A DNA stretch of 64,000 bases from Candidatus Micrarchaeia archaeon (GTDB lineage: Archaea; Micrarchaeota; Micrarchaeia; Anstonellales; Bilamarchaeaceae). Below are positions 46,841 to 56,793 of this stretch, one piece after another. The stretch covers positions 11,122-75,121 of the forward strand of contig JBAZMS010000001.1 of the NCBI GenBank assembly GCA_041649555.1. The letters are read 5' to 3'. Within the stretch, counting starts at the first letter, position 1; every line of letters starts with the position of its first letter. The notes below the pieces were generated by a model, which made no database searches, was not told the origin of the DNA, and saw only the letters and a program-made list of their open reading frames with translations. The translations under genes were made by a program, and so were the position numbers.

Positions 46841-48238
46841 TCAAACATTAAAATACATATCAATCTCTGAAGGCGAAACAGTATTTTCAAGTTTTGATAT
46901 CTCCTCAAGCTTTAGTTCCATATATTCTGAAATCATTTCCGAAGGAACAACTCCTTTTAGGAATTTTTCGTCACTTTGGAGCGCTTCAAGCGATTCAAGA
47001 AGGGTTGAAGGAAGAGGCCTTATCTTGTTTTCCCGTTTTTCCTTTTCTGTCATCAGGCTTATTCTTTTTTGGGCAGGATCTCCGCACTCTGTTTTATTTT
47101 TTATTCCGTCAAGTCCTGCAGCAATTACCACAGGATATGCAAGATAAGGATTCATTGCACAGTCTCCGCCGACAAACTGGACTTTCTTTTCGATATCATT
47201 ATTTTGAATCGTATTTGTTATTCTGACAATTGATTCAACAGCATGCCTGCTCCACCCTGCATAATATTTTTCTGTTTTTAGTCTTTTATATGAATTTGAG
47301 GTCGGATTTGTAAATGCGCATATCGCAGAAGCATGTTCAAGTATTCCGCCTATATAATATCTTGCGTTTTGGCTTATCTGTGCATATTTGTCTGTTGCAT
47401 CATAAAAAATATTTCTGTCTTTTTTCCAAAGGCTCTGGCCGATTATCTGCCCGTTTCCATTAGAATCAGACAAGGGAAGAGGCATAAAAGTTGCAAGAGA
47501 ATTTGCGACAATCGATGCATTTCTTGCAATATATTTTAATGTGGCTATTGCATCAGCAGAATCTGAAAGAGAAAGAGTTCCTGTTCCTATCTTTTGCTGT
47601 CCGGCCCTTCCTTTTGAATGGCAATGATATTCGACTGGATATGAAAAACTTTCCATCATTGTTTCTGCAATCTGTGCTCTTAATGTGGAATAGGTATCAT
47701 AGGGCTGGTTTAGATAAACCCCCTTTTTATTTCCTGAAAAAGGAGTCGGGTTCCAGTATCCTTCCCGTGAATCTATACTATAACTTGATGACTGAGGCAG
47801 CACCCCCTTATCTATTGTTACTCCGTCAAACATATAAAATTCAATTTCAGTTGAAATTCTTGCAGCAGTAATTCCTGCAGCCTTTAGATTAATGTTCATA
47901 TGCTCTGCTACATATCTTGGATCCTTAAGGTATTTTTCCATGCTTAATGCAACTGAAACATCTGAAATCATTCTTGCAGAATTTGTTTCCCATGGTATTC
48001 TTGCAAATGTTTTTGAATCCGGAACAAGGACTATCTCCTTTTCATCATATCCAAAAACTTCCCCCAAACTTGGGCCTTCAACTCCCTTGCTAAATGATTG
48101 GTCTGTTATCCCTACCCCTGAAACACTAAACCTGTATAATTTTCCAAGAATGTCTGTAAACTGCAGATCAATCCATTTTATATTATTTGAATTTATAAAT
48201 TTTATTACATTTTCCTGACTTGGCATTAAAACACCCAA
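46841..48238 (-). CDS. glnA: Glutamine synthetase
   Basis: N-terminal beta-grasp (IKWIDLQFTDILGKLYRFSV, VLVPDSKTFARIPWE) and C-terminal catalytic domain. 465 aa. Confidence 0.75.
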   Translation of the reverse strand: MGVLMPSQENVIKFINSNNIKWIDLQFTDILGKLYRFSVSGVGITDQSFSKGVEGPSLGEVFGYDEKEIVLVPDSKTFARIPWETNSARMISDVSVALSMEKYLKDPRYVAEHMNINLKAAGITAARISTEIEFYMFDGVTIDKGVLPQSSSYSIDSREGYWNPTPFSGNKKGVYLNQPYDTYSTLRAQIAETMMESFSYPVEYHCHSKGRAGQQKIGTGTLSLSDSADAIATLKYIARNASIVANSLATFMPLPLSDSNGNGQIIGQSLWKKDRNIFYDATDKYAQISQNARYYIGGILEHASAICAFTNPTSNSYKRLKTEKYYAGWSRHAVESIVRITNTIQNNDIEKKVQFVGGDCAMNPYLAYPVVIAAGLDGIKNKTECGDPAQKRISLMTEKEKRENKIRPLPSTLLESLEALQSDEKFLKGVVPSEMISEYMELKLEEISKLENTVSPSEIDMYFNV

Positions 48239-48342
48239 TTGATATACAATAATTAGTAATATATATTTTTGGTTTATTTTCTAATACAAATAAATCCATT
48301 AAAGATAACTTTAAAAACTATTCTTTTAACTAATATTTATAT

Positions 48343-49971
48343 ATGAATCTTAAACATTGCTCTATTCCAACTACACTAACTCATGCTAATCCAACCAGAA
48401 GTTCTTTTCTAATGCTCCTTAAAAACAAACTAGCTGTTTCTGGCCTGACCGAACAAATAAAGGAAAAATACTGGACAATTTATGGAACAGGAAGTATCGG
48501 CGCCAAGGCAGAAAAGCTGCTAAAGGATGCATGGGCAATAGAAAAAGCAGGCTTTGAATTAAATCCAAGAGTAGTTCTTTCAATGGATTTTTTTTGTGAT
48601 TTTTTAGAAAGAAATGGAATTTATGCTGCTGTGAAAAGAGGTGCAGATTATTCTGAAATTAAGGAAATAATAAATAATGCTGCGTTTAATTCTATTGAAA
48701 AGGAAGTTTTTCTTGAGATCCTTGAAAAATTTGAAGGAAAATACCTAGCTGTGCGTTCCTCGGCTTATGGAGACAGCAGTGGAACCGGCATTTATGAAAG
48801 TGTGTTCCATGCACCAGTTCAGGATAGGGAAATTGACCTTGAATATTTCATAATAGATATAAAAAGAGTTCTCACCAGTGAGTTTTCTGAAAAGGCAGTG
48901 GCATTTAAAGACAAGCTGAACCTTCCTAGTGGAATGGCTGTCCTGATTGAGCCTGTATTCGGCCGTTATTTTGAGGACCGATATGCCGACCAATTGTTTG
49001 GACCTGATTATGGTGGAATTGCATTCACTTCCTACGGAAAGTCTGGAAGGGCGAAAATATTTTTCTCCGCAGGACTTCCTACAAAAACAGTAGAGGGGAA
49101 AAGCATTCCATTAATCGAAGGAGATGAAAGAGACATATTTTCAATAATCTTTGATTATGACTTGAAATATACTCGCACATACTGGAGTACTAGACGGATT
49201 ATGATTGGAGAATACGGCGAATTTCTTCATGAGTATTCATCTAATTATCAGGAGGGCATATTAACAAAATCAGACCACTATCCAGAAATTTATTTCCAAT
49301 TCACAGAAATCTTTGAAAAACTTAAAACAATAGAAGCACTGCTTGGCCAGCCACAATATATTGAATGGGCTCTATCCCTTGACGGCGAAGCCTTGAAGCT
49401 GGCAATAGTGCAGATCTCAGATTTTCCCAGAGCCCCAGAACAGATGGAAATAACTAAGTCTGAAAACACATTTCTAAGTGCAATTAAGATCATGGGCTCA
49501 GGAGGGCACAAAAAAGGAAGATACCTTGTTGAAGTGAGAGATCCAGAAGACGTGTTCGTCCTTAATGAATTCAATAGAAGCCATAAAAACTACTGTGTGT
49601 TCTTTCCTGATGAAATAGTAAGCAAAACAAATAAAGAACGCAGGATCGATTTTGAAGACATCTCAAATTCACTTGTTCTGGTGGAATATATTGGAAATAA
49701 AAAGGAAAGTGTGTTTCGGCATGATGAATCTCCTGAACACCATACAGCCGGCCTCCTGAGAAAAACAGGCACAACGTATATTATGACCACTGATTTTAAC
49801 CTGGACCGAGTTTCTGAACTTCCAGATGAAAAAAGGAAAATACTCGAATTTAATGGACCTAGCGGGAAAATAAAATTAAGGTACTGGGACCTGGAATTTG
49901 AAGTTTTTGCAAGCATTCCGGATCAAGAAGCAGTATTGAATCTTTTACCTGATTCTGCTAAAAAAGAGTAG
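48343..49971 (+). CDS. PEP synthase / pyruvate phosphate dikinase N-terminal-like ATP-grasp protein with possible C-terminal phosphohistidine (swivel) domain. Lacks the PEP-utiliser TIM barrel
   Basis: PPDK_N-like N-terminal region (WTIYGTGSIGAKAEKLL...). C-terminal ESPEHHTAGLLRKTGTTYIMTT loosely resembles the GG.TSHAAI.AR motif of PEP-utiliser mobile domains. Confidence 0.4.
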   Translation: MNLKHCSIPTTLTHANPTRSSFLMLLKNKLAVSGLTEQIKEKYWTIYGTGSIGAKAEKLLKDAWAIEKAGFELNPRVVLSMDFFCDFLERNGIYAAVKRGADYSEIKEIINNAAFNSIEKEVFLEILEKFEGKYLAVRSSAYGDSSGTGIYESVFHAPVQDREIDLEYFIIDIKRVLTSEFSEKAVAFKDKLNLPSGMAVLIEPVFGRYFEDRYADQLFGPDYGGIAFTSYGKSGRAKIFFSAGLPTKTVEGKSIPLIEGDERDIFSIIFDYDLKYTRTYWSTRRIMIGEYGEFLHEYSSNYQEGILTKSDHYPEIYFQFTEIFEKLKTIEALLGQPQYIEWALSLDGEALKLAIVQISDFPRAPEQMEITKSENTFLSAIKIMGSGGHKKGRYLVEVRDPEDVFVLNEFNRSHKNYCVFFPDEIVSKTNKERRIDFEDISNSLVLVEYIGNKKESVFRHDESPEHHTAGLLRKTGTTYIMTTDFNLDRVSELPDEKRKILEFNGPSGKIKLRYWDLEFEVFASIPDQEAVLNLLPDSAKKE

Positions 49972-50009
49972 TTTTTAATTTCCTTCCAATCAACCTATTA
50001 TCACAATTT

Positions 50010-50768
50010 TTGGTGGTATTTATGAAGATAGTTATGAGTGAGGCGCCTTTTTTAAAATCTGCAATAGATTCAGTGGTAAATCTGGTGGAAGAGGGAGCAT
50101 TTGAAATAACAGAAAATGGGATAACCCTGAAAGCAATGGACCCGTCACAGATTTCAATGATTTCGTTTTCAATGGAAAAATCTTCTTTTGAAACATTTGA
50201 AATAACAGAGCCAAGAAAGCTTGGTTTGGATATATCCCAATTTTCCAATATTCTTGCAAGAGGAAAGAAAGGAGAAAAAGTTGAACTATCTCTTGAAGAC
50301 GGCAGGCTATCAATCTGCTTTTCAGCAGAAAAAAAGAAAAGAACATTCAAAATAAATCTTTTGGATATTGGAACAGGGGTTCAAAAAGAGCCGGCAATTC
50401 AATTTGAAAACAGCGTAACCCTTAATGCCGATGCGTTTAAAGAAATCCTAAAGGATGCAAAATTAATCAGTTCCCATGTGAAATTAATGCTTAATGCATC
50501 TGATTTTATTGTAGAGGTAAAAGGGGACACAGGACATTTGAAAGATGAATTTTCAAAAGGAAGCCAGGAGGTAATTGACCTTAAATCCGGAGAAAACGGG
50601 GCAAAATCCACATTTCCACTTCAATACCTCGAGGATATGGTCAAGGCAACTTCTGCATCAACTGCCCTTACAATATTTTTAGAAACAGATAAGCCCCTAA
50701 AAGTATTTTATGAGCTTTTTGGAGCAAAAATAACCTATTATCTTGCGCCAAGGATTGAGAATGAATGA
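50010..50768 (+). CDS. pcn: DNA polymerase sliding clamp
   Basis: About 250 aa, two-domain PCNA pattern (FEITENGITLKAMDPSQISMISF... second half LMLNASDFIVEVKGD), acidic C-terminus. Confidence 0.85.
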   Translation: MVVFMKIVMSEAPFLKSAIDSVVNLVEEGAFEITENGITLKAMDPSQISMISFSMEKSSFETFEITEPRKLGLDISQFSNILARGKKGEKVELSLEDGRLSICFSAEKKKRTFKINLLDIGTGVQKEPAIQFENSVTLNADAFKEILKDAKLISSHVKLMLNASDFIVEVKGDTGHLKDEFSKGSQEVIDLKSGENGAKSTFPLQYLEDMVKATSASTALTIFLETDKPLKVFYELFGAKITYYLAPRIENE

Positions 50769-50936
50769 GCCAGTTAAATCTTGAAAAAAGAATAGAAAAA
50801 ATAGAGGAAAGAAATAGAAAAGTAGAATTGGATAAATCGTGGGAAATTTCAATTACGCGAAGGGGCGTTCTTGTTTTATTTACCTATCTTGCAATTGGGT
50901 TTTATCTTTCTGCAATAGAAATTAAGGACCCGTGAC
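50766..50936 (+). CDS. Small putative membrane protein (56 aa), not in the ORF track, uncertain
   Basis: ATG at 50766 overlapping the PCNA stop. Charged N-terminus then hydrophobic stretch VLVLFTYLAIGFYLSAI. Confidence 0.2.
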
Positions 50937-51031
50937 TCAATGCGATTGTTCCAGCCTTTGCATTTATGCTTTCAACTCTCACACTTCCTTTTTTCAAGAA
51001 ATTTTGGAGCAAATATATTTATAAAAACTAA

Positions 51032-51511
51032 ATGTCTTTTATTTTTATGAAAGATCCAATCCTTATTGCAATAGATGCTGCCAAAAAAGGAATGAGAAAA
51101 GGAAATTCCCCCTTTGGCTGTGCAATAATTAAAAATGGAAAACTAATTTCAACCGGGAATAGCACTGTTTTAGAAAAAAATGATCCAACAAGCCATGCAG
51201 AAATAAATGCAATCAGAATTGCCTGCAAAAAACTAAAAACCTTTGATTTATCTAATTGTACTCTTTATTCAACTACAGAACCCTGCCCGATGTGTTTTTC
51301 TGCAATTCACTGGGCAAGAATAAAAATAATTTACTACGGAACAGATATCTCTGATGTCAAAAAACTTGGATTTTCTGAATTAGTGATTTCCAATCATCTG
51401 ATAAAAAAATTAGGACAAATCAAAATAAAAATAATTAAAAATTATAAACGAAAAGAATGTCTTGATTTACTAAAAAAATGGAAAAAAAACAAGAAAAGAA
51501 AAACCTATTAA
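51032..51511 (+). CDS. CMP/dCMP-type zinc deaminase (TadA/guanine-deaminase-like)
   Basis: HAEINAI and TEPCPMC zinc-binding motifs. 159 aa. Confidence 0.75.
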   Translation: MSFIFMKDPILIAIDAAKKGMRKGNSPFGCAIIKNGKLISTGNSTVLEKNDPTSHAEINAIRIACKKLKTFDLSNCTLYSTTEPCPMCFSAIHWARIKIIYYGTDISDVKKLGFSELVISNHLIKKLGQIKIKIIKNYKRKECLDLLKKWKKNKKRKTY

Positions 51512-51512
51512 A

Positions 51513-51959
51513 TTACATTTTCATATTCTCTAATTGATTTTTACAGATTTCTCTTACTCTTTGATTATCATCATTCAAACCTGCTTTCAATCCATCTATT
51601 ACTTTATTGTGAATATTCGAACTCTTATCCAATACAGTTGCCAATATAACTACGCAGCTCTTTCTAATCGTAACATTTTTATTTTCTTTCAGTTCTGTTA
51701 CCATTCTATCTAATATATCTGTATCTCCCCGCATTATCATATTTGTCAAGACAGGTATAATCTGCTTTCTCATTTTCTGCGAGCCTTTCAATCTTGCCAT
51801 CCATTTATTCATTAATTTATCTCTGGTTTCTTGGATATCTTCTCGCATTGTTTTCATCAATCTAAATACATCTCCAGATTTTTCTACTCTTCTAGTGCCT
51901 CTTCCAGCATGTACTTGTTTTGTTGTTGGAATTTTCCTTTTCAAATCTGATTTAAACAT
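51513..51959 (-). CDS. Small hypothetical helical-repeat (HEAT/PBS-lyase-like) protein
   Basis: Repeats of the form N..IRKSCVVILATVL / DDNQRVREICKNQL. Weak. Confidence 0.3.
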   Translation of the reverse strand: MFKSDLKRKIPTTKQVHAGRGTRRVEKSGDVFRLMKTMREDIQETRDKLMNKWMARLKGSQKMRKQIIPVLTNMIMRGDTDILDRMVTELKENKNVTIRKSCVVILATVLDKSSNIHNKVIDGLKAGLNDDNQRVREICKNQLENMKM

Positions 51960-52029
51960 AATGTCACTAGTAATAACTATAAATCAATATATTTAAAAAT
52001 CCATTCTATACCACCAAATAAAAGAAGAT

Positions 52030-52905
52030 TTACATAAACTCTTTTACCAAATGGTCTATTTTTATATTGGTTATTTCCTGTCCGACTAATTCGTTTTCTT
52101 TTAATTGGGGCAATTCTCCCTCATAAGTGGGTTTATCAACCTTATAAAATACCCCGATTGGAAGCTTCTTGTAATCAGTCCATACATCCTCATAAGCTTT
52201 TTCAATTGCCTTATGAAAATCATCCGGCCTATAATCTGTTTCACTTAACTTATATACCTTTTCTTGAAACCACTGATAGGTATTTAATTTATTGAAAGTA
52301 ACACAGGGCTGAAAAATATCAACAAGGGAAAACCCTTTATGTTTTATTGCACCTTTAATCATTTCTTTCATATGATTCATATCCCCTGCAAAGGTTCTTG
52401 CAACATAAGTTGCCCCATTGATTATTGCATTTGCAATAGGATTATACTGGGTTTCCAGGACCCCAAAAGGAGTTGATTTTGTTTTCTGCCCCTTTTGAGT
52501 AGTAGGCGATGCCTGTCCGGTAGTCAATCCATATATCTGATTATTATGAACAAGGTAGGTCATATCATAATTTCTTCTGCAAATATGAGTAAAATGCTGG
52601 GCTCCCTCTCCATATCCATCCCCGTCTCCGGACAGAGCAATTACAGTCAGTTTTCTATTTGAGATTTTAATGCCAGATGCCAAAGGAAGCGTCCTTCCAT
52701 GTAATCCCTCATATCCATAAGTATTTAGGTAATGAGGCAATTTCGAATTGCATCCAATTCCAGAAACTACAACAATATCTTTCTGTTCTAATCCAAGTTC
52801 TGCAAGAGAGCTTTTAATCCCCATCAAAATTCCAAAATTTCCGCACCCAGGACACCACTGCGGCCGTTCATTGATATTCAAATCAGCAATATTCATAAAA
52901 ATCAC
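52030..52905 (-). CDS. 2-oxoacid:ferredoxin oxidoreductase beta subunit (TPP-binding)
   Basis: QWCPGCGNFG cysteine motif, TPP-binding GDGDGYGEG, about 290 aa. Immediately downstream of the alpha subunit gene. Confidence 0.8.
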   Translation of the reverse strand: MIFMNIADLNINERPQWCPGCGNFGILMGIKSSLAELGLEQKDIVVVSGIGCNSKLPHYLNTYGYEGLHGRTLPLASGIKISNRKLTVIALSGDGDGYGEGAQHFTHICRRNYDMTYLVHNNQIYGLTTGQASPTTQKGQKTKSTPFGVLETQYNPIANAIINGATYVARTFAGDMNHMKEMIKGAIKHKGFSLVDIFQPCVTFNKLNTYQWFQEKVYKLSETDYRPDDFHKAIEKAYEDVWTDYKKLPIGVFYKVDKPTYEGELPQLKENELVGQEITNIKIDHLVKEFM

Positions 52906-54723
52906 CTATAACCCGTACCTTTGAGTATTATAATACTCAATATCTTCAGTTTCTTTAATATGGATAGTTTTTTCGCACTTAAATCCAGAATCAATTATCT
53001 TTTTTGCATTTTTTGCAATGCTTTCAGGAAAATGTTGCCGTCCATCATATCTCAAAATATAATAATCCGGTACAAATCCAGTATATTCTCTTAGAATTCC
53101 TGCAAACTGGGCTGTGGAATTATTTTCAACCATTATTGTTTTTTTGCACTTCTTAAATATTTCCAAAATCTTTTTTTCATCCAAGGGAAACACTATGCTA
53201 AAATGAATTGCATTCGCACTTATTCCAAATTCTTTAAGAATTGGAAGAGAATCCAAAACAGGAAGCAGTTGCGAGCCCCAGCAAATAAAGGTAATCTCTG
53301 CATTGTCTGTTCCATAAATTTTTGGCATTGGAATATCCTTTAAAATTCCATCCAATTTTTTATTTAATTTATTCACCATCTCAAATCGTTTGGTAAAACT
53401 CTCAGTGCTAAATCCAGTCTCATCATGAACATACGAGGTTGCAACATGCATTCCATTTTCCTGCCCCGGAAGAGACCGGACAGATACTCCGTTTTTAGTA
53501 ATTTCATATCTTCTAAATCTTTCCATCGGGTTTAAGTTTGGAAGAGTTCCTGCAATCTTTCCCCTATTATTTTTTATTTCTGAATTGTCAAATGGCTCAC
53601 ATGAGAAATGGCTTTCAGCCAGGAATTTATCGCTTAATATAAACACCGGAAGTTGATATTTGTCTGCCATGTTTAATGCCTCTGCGGCCAGTTTGAATGA
53701 TTCTTCAATTGTTCCGGGTGCATAAACTATTCTTAGAAAATCCCCTTGTGAGGAATTAAGTGCAAATTTCAAATCTGCCTGTTCAGTCCATGTAGGCATT
53801 CCTGTACTCGGTCCGGTTCGTTGTGCAAGATAGATTACAAGAGGTGTTTCTGCCAATGCCGACATTCCAATTGTCTCAGTCATTAGTGCAAATCCCCCCC
53901 CAGAACTCCCAGTCATTGCCCTTGCTCCTGCAAACGATGCGCCAATTGCATAATTTATTGCAGCAATCTCATCTTCAGTATGTTTTACAACAATTCCTGC
54001 CTTTCTCTCAACTTCAGCCAAATAATGAAGGACTCCTGATGCAGGGGTCATTGGATATGCTGCATAAAATTTTAATCCTCCTGCAATTGCCCCAATCCCC
54101 ACAGCCTCATTTCCTCCAATAACCATTTTTGGTTTTTCATTTCCACGCTCCATTTTCATTGGAAATTCCTCAGGTTTAAGGTTTTCTTTAACATAATTAT
54201 AAGCTATTTTTGCGCAGTTTATATTTGCCTCAACAACATCCTTTCCTTTTTTTCCAAATGTTTCTTCGAGCATTTTATTTAGGTCATCTATTGGATATTT
54301 TATGAGCGATAAGAGAGCTCCAGTCAATATAATATTTTCCATCCTCTTGTCTGCCTGTGCCTTTTGCAGAATCTCATCTATTGGGAGTGTGTATAATTTT
54401 ATTTTCTTATCTAATTTATATTTGGTTAAATCCAATTTTGAATCACACAAAATCGCTCCGGGCTCTAGCATATGTTTGTGGTGAAAAAATACTGCATCAG
54501 TATTTAATGCAATTAAGATATTTGCCTTTTCTAAGGGGCTGTATATTTTTTCCCTGCATACCCTTATTTGATATACATTGTGCCCTCCTCTAACAAGCGA
54601 GGGATATTCCGGGTATCCAATTACATTTAATCCAGATCTTGCAAATATTTTGCATAATGTTCTTCCAGTAATATTTGCTCCTTGTCCTGCCTGCCCGCCA
54701 ACTTTTATTATAATTTCTGTCAT
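52906..54723 (-). CDS. 2-oxoacid:ferredoxin oxidoreductase alpha subunit (fused gamma-alpha type). Start likely MTEIIIKVGGQAGQG at 54723
   Basis: N-terminal gamma-like GGQAGQG motif. Central pyrimidine-binding domain. About 600 aa as in two-subunit OFORs. Confidence 0.75.
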   Translation of the reverse strand: MTEIIIKVGGQAGQGANITGRTLCKIFARSGLNVIGYPEYPSLVRGGHNVYQIRVCREKIYSPLEKANILIALNTDAVFFHHKHMLEPGAILCDSKLDLTKYKLDKKIKLYTLPIDEILQKAQADKRMENIILTGALLSLIKYPIDDLNKMLEETFGKKGKDVVEANINCAKIAYNYVKENLKPEEFPMKMERGNEKPKMVIGGNEAVGIGAIAGGLKFYAAYPMTPASGVLHYLAEVERKAGIVVKHTEDEIAAINYAIGASFAGARAMTGSSGGGFALMTETIGMSALAETPLVIYLAQRTGPSTGMPTWTEQADLKFALNSSQGDFLRIVYAPGTIEESFKLAAEALNMADKYQLPVFILSDKFLAESHFSCEPFDNSEIKNNRGKIAGTLPNLNPMERFRRYEITKNGVSVRSLPGQENGMHVATSYVHDETGFSTESFTKRFEMVNKLNKKLDGILKDIPMPKIYGTDNAEITFICWGSQLLPVLDSLPILKEFGISANAIHFSIVFPLDEKKILEIFKKCKKTIMVENNSTAQFAGILREYTGFVPDYYILRYDGRQHFPESIAKNAKKIIDSGFKCEKTIHIKETEDIEYYNTQRYGL

Positions 54724-54835
54724 CAGGTCCACCTTAAATATGTTTTTTGCCAAATATTTTAAAACCAATCGAACACTAAATCGTCAAAAAACGAAATAAT
54801 ACCTCTTTAAATTAATTTACCTTTAAATAATTATT

Positions 54836-55693
54836 ATGCTCTTATATGCACCCAAAAAATCCAGCATACCACATAGGAGTTCTAACTTTTGGAAAAGAGT
54901 TTCCCAATATGATCCTCTCCCAAAACCAATCCCTGATTCTCATCTAGCATACCGGATTTTTTTTCAGTGGCATTATATATTAACCTCATTAGTCAAAGAG
55001 GATGGATTAGACCAAAAAATGGATGTACTTTTGGAACTTTCAAAATTATCTGATTTTGGTTTTCTCTGCCATACTATATTTTCAGATGCATATCTTGCCT
55101 CCAAACAAAATGAAAAAGCACAAATAATTAGCAGGATAACTTCTTTCAACCTCCTTTGCGATGTTTTCTATGAATTATTAGAGTTATTGAGGCAAAATGA
55201 TTTCGCAACCCACATAAAAATATTTGCATCAAGATCTCTGGAGCTTTCAAAAGAATTTGAATTTTCAGATAAACAAAATGAAACTGAAAAAGCATTAAGA
55301 ATACTTTCCCAGCTTTTTGTATTCTCCGGAGCATTCCATGAAAAAGATCCTTGTTTTGAAAATGGGATTAATTTTCTAGCAGATCTCGCCTTGCACCCAG
55401 AATCACTTAATTTAGTCCTTGATCTCTTTGAGGATATAACCCTTATTCTAAATAAACAGAATAAAACAAAAGATCATTCCTCTAATTACAATACCAGTAT
55501 TCCAAGGGCAATGCCTATTTCATCTTCCATATATCAGTTCCTGCATACCCTCTTTAAAAAAGAATTAAGCCCGCAACTTGCAATTGAGTTAGGAAAATTA
55601 CTCCCGCAAGAAAATCAGGATGTTTTTGTTGGGCCGGATTCAATTCATCTTAAAAATTTGGGCACTCCTCCTCAAATTTTCAATTCAGGCTGA
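54836..55693 (+). CDS. Hypothetical protein
   Basis: 285-aa ORF, helical, no motif recognised. Overlaps the convergent pus10 3' end by about 20 nt. Confidence 0.3.
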   Translation: MLLYAPKKSSIPHRSSNFWKRVSQYDPLPKPIPDSHLAYRIFFQWHYILTSLVKEDGLDQKMDVLLELSKLSDFGFLCHTIFSDAYLASKQNEKAQIISRITSFNLLCDVFYELLELLRQNDFATHIKIFASRSLELSKEFEFSDKQNETEKALRILSQLFVFSGAFHEKDPCFENGINFLADLALHPESLNLVLDLFEDITLILNKQNKTKDHSSNYNTSIPRAMPISSSIYQFLHTLFKKELSPQLAIELGKLLPQENQDVFVGPDSIHLKNLGTPPQIFNSG

Positions 55694-56724
55694 TCAATGC
55701 TTTCTAAAAATTCATCCTCTATCTTGCTTACGATCAACTTCTTGCACTCTGCATCCATTCCTAAAATTTTGGCAATAGAAGGTTTTGTTCTTTCCAAATC
55801 CCCATGTATCAGCTCTTTTATATATGTTCCCGGCTCAGTTTTAATTTCAATCTCAAATCCGGTTTCCCTGATTTTGCCTATTTTTAAATCAAGTATTTTT
55901 CTTTTTCTTGTAAGATTTGCCCTTCTATGTATTACCCTGTTTGGCGTTTTTTGAAAAATTATTCTCCCATCCAGTTCTTTTAAAACCTTTTTTATGTCTG
56001 TTTGGCTTATTTTGCTATTTGTTTCAACTTCAGCTAGATAAATCTTGTCAAAATGGGAGTTTGAGACAATCTCAACAAAACCTCTTGGAACTATTTTAAG
56101 ATTGCGTACTGCAATAATGCCTGTTTTTAAAATATTTTCCCTGATTTTTTCCAAATTCACATTTAATTTTTCCGGCTCCACCAACTCTAAAACAAACGGC
56201 CGCCCTGCAAGATTGCACACATCAACATCCTCTCTTCCGGATGCATGAAGAAAATAATTTTTGCACTTAAATTCCTTTTTGAATTCCTCGCCCATTACCT
56301 CTTCAATTGAAAGATAGTTTTTTCCGCTCTCTTTACACTCCCGGCACCCCTTTCCAGAACAGTTTCTGCATACCCACCTTGTTTGGGAAATCCCGCCCGA
56401 ATATTTTTCATATCTTCCAAAAATAAAAAGAGGCTCTCTTGTTATAAAATAAGACTCATTTTTCAGATCGTATTTTATTCTAAAATTTGCATTTTCAGCC
56501 ATATATCCTTTTCCTGTCTCTTTTTTTATCTTCTCAACTACAATCTTATTTATTCTTCCCTTTATGCACTCATATTCCAAATCTAAATCCCAGTATTCCT
56601 CTTCTTCAATACTCCAATTATGCGGAATTGAGGTTGAAATGCAAAAGTTTCCTTCATTTTCTTTTATTTTTGGGATACTCTCTTCAATCATTTCTTCTAA
56701 TTTTTCAATTTTAAAATCAATCAT
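55672..56724 (-). CDS. pus10: tRNA pseudouridine synthase Pus10
   Basis: Zn-ribbon cysteines (CRNCSGKGCRECK), THUMP-like N-terminal part, catalytic region FLHASGREDVDVCNLAGRPF, about 350 aa. Confidence 0.7.
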   Translation of the reverse strand: MIDFKIEKLEEMIEESIPKIKENEGNFCISTSIPHNWSIEEEEYWDLDLEYECIKGRINKIVVEKIKKETGKGYMAENANFRIKYDLKNESYFITREPLFIFGRYEKYSGGISQTRWVCRNCSGKGCRECKESGKNYLSIEEVMGEEFKKEFKCKNYFLHASGREDVDVCNLAGRPFVLELVEPEKLNVNLEKIRENILKTGIIAVRNLKIVPRGFVEIVSNSHFDKIYLAEVETNSKISQTDIKKVLKELDGRIIFQKTPNRVIHRRANLTRKRKILDLKIGKIRETGFEIEIKTEPGTYIKELIHGDLERTKPSIAKILGMDAECKKLIVSKIEDEFLESIDQPELKI

Positions 56725-56793
56725 TGAGTTATAATTAGAAATCTAAAAAAATAAAAAGAGAAGAGAATTGGCATTTAAACAAATACTTCAATC

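Noticed and set aside
53823-54122. 99-aa Gln/Leu-rich plus-strand ORF inside the OFOR alpha gene
   Set aside because: Antisense to a well-supported CDS. Repetitive low-complexity translation.
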